From Candidatus Multivorans sp. (GTDB lineage Bacteria > Acidobacteriota > Thermoanaerobaculia > Multivoradales > Multivoraceae), in assembly GCA_965247095.1 (NCBI GenBank), contig OZ251997.1:3680001-3744000 (forward strand): a stretch of DNA of 64,000 nucleotides, written 5' to 3'. Shown here one piece after another: positions 63,359-64,000 of the stretch. Numbering within the stretch: the stretch's first letter is position 1; the number at the start of each line of letters is the position of its first letter. The notes below the pieces were generated by a model. That model did no database searches, had not been told where the DNA came from, and worked only from the letters and a program-made list of their open reading frames with translations. The position numbers were made by a program, and so were the translations under genes.

Positions 63359-64000
63359 TCACGGATTCTCTCGCAGAATGTTGCGCAGCGAGGCTTCCGG
63401 TCGGGTCCAGCCCGGGCCGCCGCTGTACCGCCCGATCTCCTTGCCGTCGCGGTAGACGATCGCGGTGGGGAGTTCCTTGACGCCGAGCCGGTCGGCCTCG
63501 GCATCGCCCCAGTCGGGGATGCCGTAGTAGCTGAACCGGACGGGCGATTCCTGGAGCTGCTCGTGGACCTTGAGGCCGCGCGGCATGAAACGCTCGCAGA
63601 CGTGGCACCAGGATCCGAAGACGACGCGGACTTCCACGCCGGTGGCGAGCTCGGCTACCTCGGCCACGACTGCCGGATCTGTCTCGTAGGCGTTCGCCGA
63701 GCGGCGATAACCGGGGTCGTGGTCGTACAGAGTGTCCAGTGTCGCTTCGCCGGTCAGCGAGGGTCGTTGCCGGAGTTGGGCGCGGATACCGTCGACGGCG
63801 AACTCGAGGCCCTTGGGGATCTGCCGGAAGGGCATCGGAGAGCCGAACAGGGCCCCGGGCAGCAGGTCCACCGTGTCCTCGCCCGTCGGCGAGATCTTCA
63901 GCAGTTGGACCTTGTACGAGGTCTGGTTGCGGGCGCTCAGCAGCACCGGCGAGGGCAGATCGTCGGCGAGGACGAGGAATGCGCCCGCGGTTCGCGAGAG
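63359..64000 (-). CDS. Thioredoxin-fold protein (5' end outside window)
   Basis: FGSWCHVC, LPT.IVY.DGKEIGR; frame open to the window end. Confidence 0.85.
   Translation of the reverse strand, partial: LSRTAGAFLVLADDLPSPVLLSARNQTSYKVQLLKISPTGEDTVDLLPGALFGSPMPFRQIPKGLEFAVDGIRAQLRQRPSLTGEATLDTLYDHDPGYRRSANAYETDPAVVAEVAELATGVEVRVVFGSWCHVCERFMPRGLKVHEQLQESPVRFSYYGIPDWGDAEADRLGVKELPTAIVYRDGKEIGRYSGGPGWTRPEASLRNILRENP

Overview
High-GC bacterial chromosomal segment, densely coding and mostly housekeeping. The gene content (LpxH/Mla, GWxTD protein, HrcA, class II RNR) fits an Acidobacteriota-like diderm; this placement is inference. Core genes: carB, B12-dependent mcm and nrdJ (with tandem NrdR boxes), rlmD, queD/folE, mlaDFE, plsC-mrp-lpxH-aroA, thiL, lon, nrdR, hrcA-grpE-dnaJ-rsmE-recX-alaS-pgsA-MMPL-ffh, rpsP-khpA-rimM-trmD-rplS-rnhB, dsbD, an aminotransferase, icd-sucCD-ndk, an NSS transporter, tyrS, dapF and hslUV. 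No rRNA, tRNA, CRISPR array, integrase or transposase was recognised. Most interesting items: (1) a pseudokinase/TPR sigma-54 activator followed by a protein with three MerR-like HTH repeats, AT-hook-like motifs, histone-H1-like linkers and a coiled coil, a candidate new nucleoid-associated/regulatory system; (2) an Rdx/SelW selenoprotein missed by the ORF track, with in-frame UGA and a SECIS-like hairpin; (3) a Tat-exported PaoABC-like molybdoenzyme operon whose FAD subunit has lost most [4Fe-4S] cysteines, followed by a small Cys-rich protein and a DUF1326-like protein, with a 59-bp duplication that preserves translational coupling; (4) two genes apparently collapsed by internal deletion; (5) recurrent leaderless-promoter signatures and candidate CTG starts.
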